Assembly: GCA_000091165.1 (NCBI GenBank)
Contig: FP565575.1
Coordinates: 1,680,001-1,712,000 of the forward strand
DNA length: 32,000 bases
Origin: Candidatus Methylomirabilis oxygeniifera
GTDB taxonomy: Bacteria > Methylomirabilota > Methylomirabilia > Methylomirabilales > Methylomirabilaceae
Direction of reading: 5' to 3'
Shown: positions 27,623-32,000 of the stretch, piece after piece
Position numbering within the stretch: the first letter of the stretch is position 1
Layout of the letters: the number at the start of each line of letters is the position of its first letter
Notes under the pieces: model-generated
Seen by the model: the letters and a program-made list of their open reading frames with translations, nothing else
Told to the model about the DNA's origin: nothing
The model's database searches: none
Position numbers and translations under genes: made by a program

Positions 27623-28684
27623 ATGTTCACGGGATTGCGACGTATGTTTTGCCTCAGCGTCCTGGGCTGGCTTGTGGCAACCTTCGGCTTTGTCGGCCCA
27701 TCCGCCTTCGCCCAAGAGGGAATCAAGCCGATTGCCGTGTGCGTCACAGTAACTGACCTGAGCAGCCTCGCCGGCGAGATTGGAGGCGACCAGGTCTCCG
27801 TCACGGTCTTCGCAAAGGGAACAGAAGACGCGCATTTCATCGAGGCCAAGCCTAGTTTCATCAAGATGCTGAGTCAATGTGATCTCTATCTCCAGGTCGG
27901 GATGGACTTGGAAATCGGTTGGGCCCCGGTCCTCTTACAGAACGCCAGGAACGGGGCGGTCTTACCGGGCGGGCGCGGCTACGTCGACGCATCCAGGGTC
28001 ATCGCGCGTCTGGAAGTCCCCACAAGCCCAGTGGACCGCTCGATGGGCGATGTTCACCCACTGGGAAACCCACACTATCTGCTTGATCCGTTGAATGGCC
28101 TCAAGGTAGCAAGGCTGATCCGTGACAAGCTGATTGAGCTGCGACCGGACAGGAAGTCATACTTCGAGGATCGCTACACCTCGTTTCACCTGAGACTCGG
28201 CACAGCGTTGGTTGGCGAGAGGCTCGCCAAGAAGTACGATTTCGAAAAACTCGCGCTGCTCTACGAGCACGGAAAGCTTGCCCCCTTCCTGAAGGGCCAA
28301 GGAGAGGCGTCCCTGCTCGGGGGATGGTTGGGAAAGATGCTTCCTCACTTCGGAACCAAGGTCGTAGCCGATCACAATTTGTGGCCCTACTTCGCTCGCC
28401 GGTTTGGGATCGCCGTCATCGGGTTCATGGAGCCGAAACCAGGAATCCCCCCGACGACCAAGCAGTTGGGAGCGCTGGTGGACCTGATGCGAGCAGAACG
28501 GGTCGGGGTGGTTCTGACGGTGAGCTACTATGACCCTCGCCATGCCCGATTCATCTCGCAACAGACCGGCGCCAGGGTCGTGAACTTAGCTCACCAGGTA
28601 GGGGCGCGCGATGGTACCGATGATTATTTCGCCATGGTTGACTATAATGTGCGCAAGATGGCTGCAGCGTTGGAAGGTTCATAG
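27623..28684 (+). CDS. Metal ABC transporter substrate-binding protein (ZnuA/TroA family)
   Basis: Signal peptide, VTVTDLSSLAGEIGGDQVSVTVFAKGTEDAHFIEAKPSFIKML, GNPHYLLDPLNG; followed by cognate ATPase and permease genes. Confidence 0.9.
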   Translation: MFTGLRRMFCLSVLGWLVATFGFVGPSAFAQEGIKPIAVCVTVTDLSSLAGEIGGDQVSVTVFAKGTEDAHFIEAKPSFIKMLSQCDLYLQVGMDLEIGWAPVLLQNARNGAVLPGGRGYVDASRVIARLEVPTSPVDRSMGDVHPLGNPHYLLDPLNGLKVARLIRDKLIELRPDRKSYFEDRYTSFHLRLGTALVGERLAKKYDFEKLALLYEHGKLAPFLKGQGEASLLGGWLGKMLPHFGTKVVADHNLWPYFARRFGIAVIGFMEPKPGIPPTTKQLGALVDLMRAERVGVVLTVSYYDPRHARFISQQTGARVVNLAHQVGARDGTDDYFAMVDYNVRKMAAALEGS

Positions 28685-28754
28685 GATACTTCAGCCTTTA
28701 GCCTTCAGCCTAAATCCCTAATTGCTGACGGCTGAACGCTATTTTCGGAGGACC

Positions 28755-29525
28755 ATGGAGAACAGCGATGTTATTCTGAAAGCGACAGGGCTGACTGTCG
28801 GCTACGGGCGCCGGACTGTGCTCGAAAGCGTCACCGTTGAATGCCGAAAGGGGGAGTTCTGGTTCTTTATCGGACCGAACGGCTCAGGAAAGACCACGCT
28901 GATTCGTACCATGCTGGGGATCCTTCGATCACAGGCCGGAGGGTTATGGCTCCACCCGGACCTGGCGCACCGGAAGGGCATTGGTTTTGTCCCGCAGCGA
29001 TGCGATCTGAATCCAGCTCTCCCCACTACGGTCAAGGAATTCGTCATACTGGGGCTCGTGGGCATTCAGCTCGGTGCTAAAGAGGAAGCGGAGCGCCTCG
29101 AGTGGGCGCTCCGCAAGGTCGGTCTGGAGGGGATGGCGGGGCGCGATTACTGGTCCCTTTCCGGCGGGCAGCGACAACGGGCGCTGGTGGCTCGAGCCCT
29201 CGTGCGACGGCCTGGCCTGCTGATCCTCGACGAACCGACTAATGGTCTCGACCTCTCAACGGAAGACTCATTTCTGCGATTGCTCGCTGACCTGAACCGG
29301 GAGGAACATCTGACCCTCTTCTTCGTCACCCACGATATCGCCATTGCCGCGCGATACGCCACGCACCTGGCGCTCTTCCGTTCCGGGAGCATAGAGTCCG
29401 GACCGCGTGAGCAGATGCTCAATCGGGCCGTTCTTGAGCGGGTGTATGGGGTGGGCGTGGAGGTGACCCGCGATCCATCGGGCACTGTCGCAGTCCAGGT
29501 CTACCCTCCCGGAGGACATTCGTGA
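28755..29525 (+). CDS. Metal ABC transporter ATP-binding protein (ZnuC-like)
   Basis: Walker A GPNGSGKTT, signature LSGGQRQRALVARAL, Walker B LLILDEPTNGLD. ATG 28755 preferred, with GGAG upstream. Confidence 0.93.
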   Translation: MENSDVILKATGLTVGYGRRTVLESVTVECRKGEFWFFIGPNGSGKTTLIRTMLGILRSQAGGLWLHPDLAHRKGIGFVPQRCDLNPALPTTVKEFVILGLVGIQLGAKEEAERLEWALRKVGLEGMAGRDYWSLSGGQRQRALVARALVRRPGLLILDEPTNGLDLSTEDSFLRLLADLNREEHLTLFFVTHDIAIAARYATHLALFRSGSIESGPREQMLNRAVLERVYGVGVEVTRDPSGTVAVQVYPPGGHS

Positions 29526-30388
29526 TCGAGGAGTTCCTCTCATCATGGCCTCTATTTCAGAACACCTACCTCGTCGGGTGGTCAATCGCCCTGTTGCTCT
29601 CGTTGGTCGGAGTACTTGCAGTGGCCCGCGACCAGATCTTCATCGGGGCAGCCATGTCGCAGGCCTCAACCCTGGGGATTACCATGGCGATGTGGATCGG
29701 GGCATGGGTCGCTCCCGCTACGCTCCCCTGGCTTCACTCGGATAACTTTCTGTCCGCCATGGCCGTGGCGTTCTCCCTGGTCGCAGCTCTGATCACCACG
29801 CGCGGAGGCAAAGAGTCGGGAGAAAGTCATGAGACAATCACCGGCTGGGTGTTTCTTGTGTCGGCTAGTCTCTCGATCCTGATCGTCTCCAGGAGTCCGC
29901 ACGGGCTCGAGGAGATCCATCGGTTGCTTTCCTCCAGCATCATCGGAGCCACGAGAGCCGACGTCCGGACCTTCGGCCTGCTCGCCGGTTTGACCGCTCT
30001 TTTCCTTGCGGTCACCCATCGACGTACCCTGCTCTTCCTCATGGACCCTGCTATGGCCGCGGCGGTGGGAATGAACGTCACTCGCTGGGCAGCGCTCATC
30101 TCAACCTTACTCGGGCTAGCCGTGGGGTTGTCCATCAGATCTTCCGGGATGTTGTATACGTTTGGATGCCTGGTACTGCCCGCCCTTATCGCAAAGAATC
30201 TCTGCCGCGAGGTTCGCCCCATGTTCATTGTCGCCCCGCTCGTTGCCCTCATGACCGGCGCGATAGCGTTCGTGCTCGCAAACCATTATGATTATCCGCC
30301 GGCGCCGATGACGGTTGCGCTGCTGAGCCTGCTGCTAACGATCGCGTGGCTATTCCGGCGGCTGCGTCAGGTGAACGGGATATTCTGA
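29522..30388 (+). CDS. Metal ABC transporter permease (ZnuB/TroC-like)
   Basis: Polytopic ABC-3 family-like sequence (VLAVARDQIFIGAAMSQASTLGITMAM...GLSIRSSGMLYTFGCLVLPALIAKNL); GTGA overlap with the ATPase. Confidence 0.92.
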   Translation: MIEEFLSSWPLFQNTYLVGWSIALLLSLVGVLAVARDQIFIGAAMSQASTLGITMAMWIGAWVAPATLPWLHSDNFLSAMAVAFSLVAALITTRGGKESGESHETITGWVFLVSASLSILIVSRSPHGLEEIHRLLSSSIIGATRADVRTFGLLAGLTALFLAVTHRRTLLFLMDPAMAAAVGMNVTRWAALISTLLGLAVGLSIRSSGMLYTFGCLVLPALIAKNLCREVRPMFIVAPLVALMTGAIAFVLANHYDYPPAPMTVALLSLLLTIAWLFRRLRQVNGIF

Positions 30389-30464
30389 CCGACTCACAGG
30401 CTCAAGCACCGCCGGATCGACGCGTTGCGCAAGAAGCTGAAGGCTGGGAGATCATAGAGAGGGA

Positions 30465-31109
30465 ATGGAGACGAAGAAACCCTTCGATGTCTTGAAACCC
30501 CTTCTGTACGTGGGATGGTTGGCGGCGCTGCTGGGTCTCACGATGGAAGCCATTCTCGTCGCGCTCGCGGCCGGCTTTGGGACGCTGAAAGGCGCGAATC
30601 CGGTTCTGGCCGATCTCGTCCAGAAGGTGTCCTGGTCAACCATCGTGTGCGTGGGCCTAGCCGTCGGCGCCACGGCAAAGAAGGCGCGGGGGCCGGTGAT
30701 GGGACTTGCGGGCCTGTTCGCTGCGCCCCTCGCGTTTATGGTTGCGCGCTCGCTGCACGACGGCGCGAAGGAGGCGCTCTCGGTCGCGGCGGACGCCGGC
30801 CCCGGCCCATCACTCATTCTGATCGCCATCCTCAAGGGATTCCAGTATGGCAGCTTTGGTCTGATGCTCGACTGGGTCGCGAAAAAGCCGTGGGGAGGAT
30901 TGTCGGCGCACCTCGCGACGGGGCTCGCCGTGGGCGTCGTGTTCGGCGGTGCGATGGTGGCCTTCTTCGTCCAGGCCGCGCCCCAGACGCCGCCGATGTC
31001 CTCGCTTGTCTCCCGCGCCGCTAACGAGTGTCTTTTTCCCGTCGGCTGCGCGTTCGTGGTCTATGTCTCGAAGGTCCTGAAGAAGCTGAGCGGGCGACCG
31101 GAAGAGTGA
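30465..31109 (+). CDS. Conserved-looking membrane protein of unknown function
   Basis: 214 aa with several TM segments (LYVGWLAALLGLTMEAILVALAAGF...); AGGGAATGG-type RBS region. Confidence 0.65.
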   Translation: METKKPFDVLKPLLYVGWLAALLGLTMEAILVALAAGFGTLKGANPVLADLVQKVSWSTIVCVGLAVGATAKKARGPVMGLAGLFAAPLAFMVARSLHDGAKEALSVAADAGPGPSLILIAILKGFQYGSFGLMLDWVAKKPWGGLSAHLATGLAVGVVFGGAMVAFFVQAAPQTPPMSSLVSRAANECLFPVGCAFVVYVSKVLKKLSGRPEE

Positions 31110-31279
31110 GTATAGATTAATCCGCTTAGCCAAAAAATCGTTGTTCGCGCACGGCGAACTATCGATTACAATAATAGTAAAGTACCATATCCGGATATAC
31201 GAGGGTTGGGCTGATTGATACGAGGAGCGCAAGGCTCGATTCTGACAACTCCATCAACGCAGCTTTAAAGGAGGTCACC

Positions 31280-31888
31280 ATGGTCAAGATCGGATCAAAA
31301 GCGCCGGATTTCACTGCCAATACCACCAAGGGCCCCATTACCCTGTCCCAGTTCCGCGGGAAGTGGGTCTTACTCTTTGCTCACCCGGCCGACTTTACAC
31401 CGGTCTGTACGACGGAGTTCATCGAATTCGCCAGGCGGCACAAGGAATTCAAGGACCTCGGATGCGAGATCGTCGGCCTGAGCGTGGATAGTATCTACTC
31501 GCACATCGAGTGGCTCCGCCATATGGAGGAGTCGGCCAAAGTCAAAATTGATTTCCCGGTGATCGCCGACCCCGAGAAAGAGGTCGCTAACCTTTACGAT
31601 CTGATCAACCCTGAACTCAAGCTCACCGTCCGCGGTGTCTTCTTCATCGATCCTGAGGGGATCGTCCGTTTCGCTATGTACTACCCGATCCCATTCGGGC
31701 GCAACATCGACGAGATCTTGCGGAGCCTACAGGCATTACAAACCGTGGACAAGTATGGGGTCGCCTGCCCGGTCAACTGGCAGCCGGGCCAGGATGTCAT
31801 CGTGCCTCCGCCGCAGACGATCGACGAGGCCGACAAGCGCGCCAAGGCCGGCGCCGACCGCTGGTACATCATGCGGAAAAAGATCTAG
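31280..31888 (+). CDS. 1-Cys peroxiredoxin (Prx6/AhpC-TSA family)
   Basis: AAAGGAGGT RBS; GSKAPDFTANTTKGPITLSQFRGKWVLLFAHPADFTPVCTTEFIEFARR; C-terminal CPVNWQPGQDVIVPPP. Confidence 0.95.
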   Translation: MVKIGSKAPDFTANTTKGPITLSQFRGKWVLLFAHPADFTPVCTTEFIEFARRHKEFKDLGCEIVGLSVDSIYSHIEWLRHMEESAKVKIDFPVIADPEKEVANLYDLINPELKLTVRGVFFIDPEGIVRFAMYYPIPFGRNIDEILRSLQALQTVDKYGVACPVNWQPGQDVIVPPPQTIDEADKRAKAGADRWYIMRKKI

Positions 31889-32000
31889 CGTAAGCCTCCA
31901 ATCCTGGAACGTGGTCGAGGACAGGCCGATGCGGCGTATTGTGGTCCGTGCGCTTACGTGTAGTGCGGATATCATTACCTTCTTAAAGGGCACCCTCCGA

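Noticed and set aside
31736-31993. 85-aa minus ORF at the 3' end
   Set aside because: Antisense to the peroxiredoxin gene.
1-32000. CRISPR arrays, tRNA and rRNA genes
   Set aside because: No regularly spaced direct repeats or recognisable tRNA/rRNA sequence seen; tRNAscan-SE and CRISPR finders would be needed for certainty.

Overview
32 kb window of a GC-rich Gram-negative genome with outer-membrane proteins. An NC10-like (Methylomirabilis-type) host is possible, but I cannot establish this from the sequence alone. Left to right: (1) a copper-handling gene set at 1-9550, comprising a truncated FtsX-like ABC permease, an ABC ATPase, a Cys-rich membrane protein, a NosL, a NosL fused to a putative beta-barrel, a small His-rich membrane protein, an OprC/NosA-like TonB receptor, a secreted Cys/His/Met protein and a SmbP-like protein; (2) a perfect 17-bp hairpin terminator, convergent metH and a composite palindromic repeat just upstream of metH; (3) an OprP/O-like porin; (4) a divergent pair made of a cytosolic-looking trypsin-like protease and a secreted coiled-coil protein, next to (5) a defence locus ordered hsdR (frameshifted near its 3' end) - abiEi - abiEii - hsdM - hsdS - small LexA-N-like wHTH; (6) a TroA/ZnuABC-type metal uptake cluster with its own His-rich small membrane protein and outer-membrane protein; (7) a 1-Cys peroxiredoxin. 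The most interesting leads are the NosL/beta-barrel fusion and copper island, the divergent protease/coiled-coil pair beside the defence genes, the AbiE pair embedded in a type I RM operon, and the possible family of small His-rich two-TM proteins tied to two metal clusters. No CRISPR array, tRNA or rRNA was recognised.
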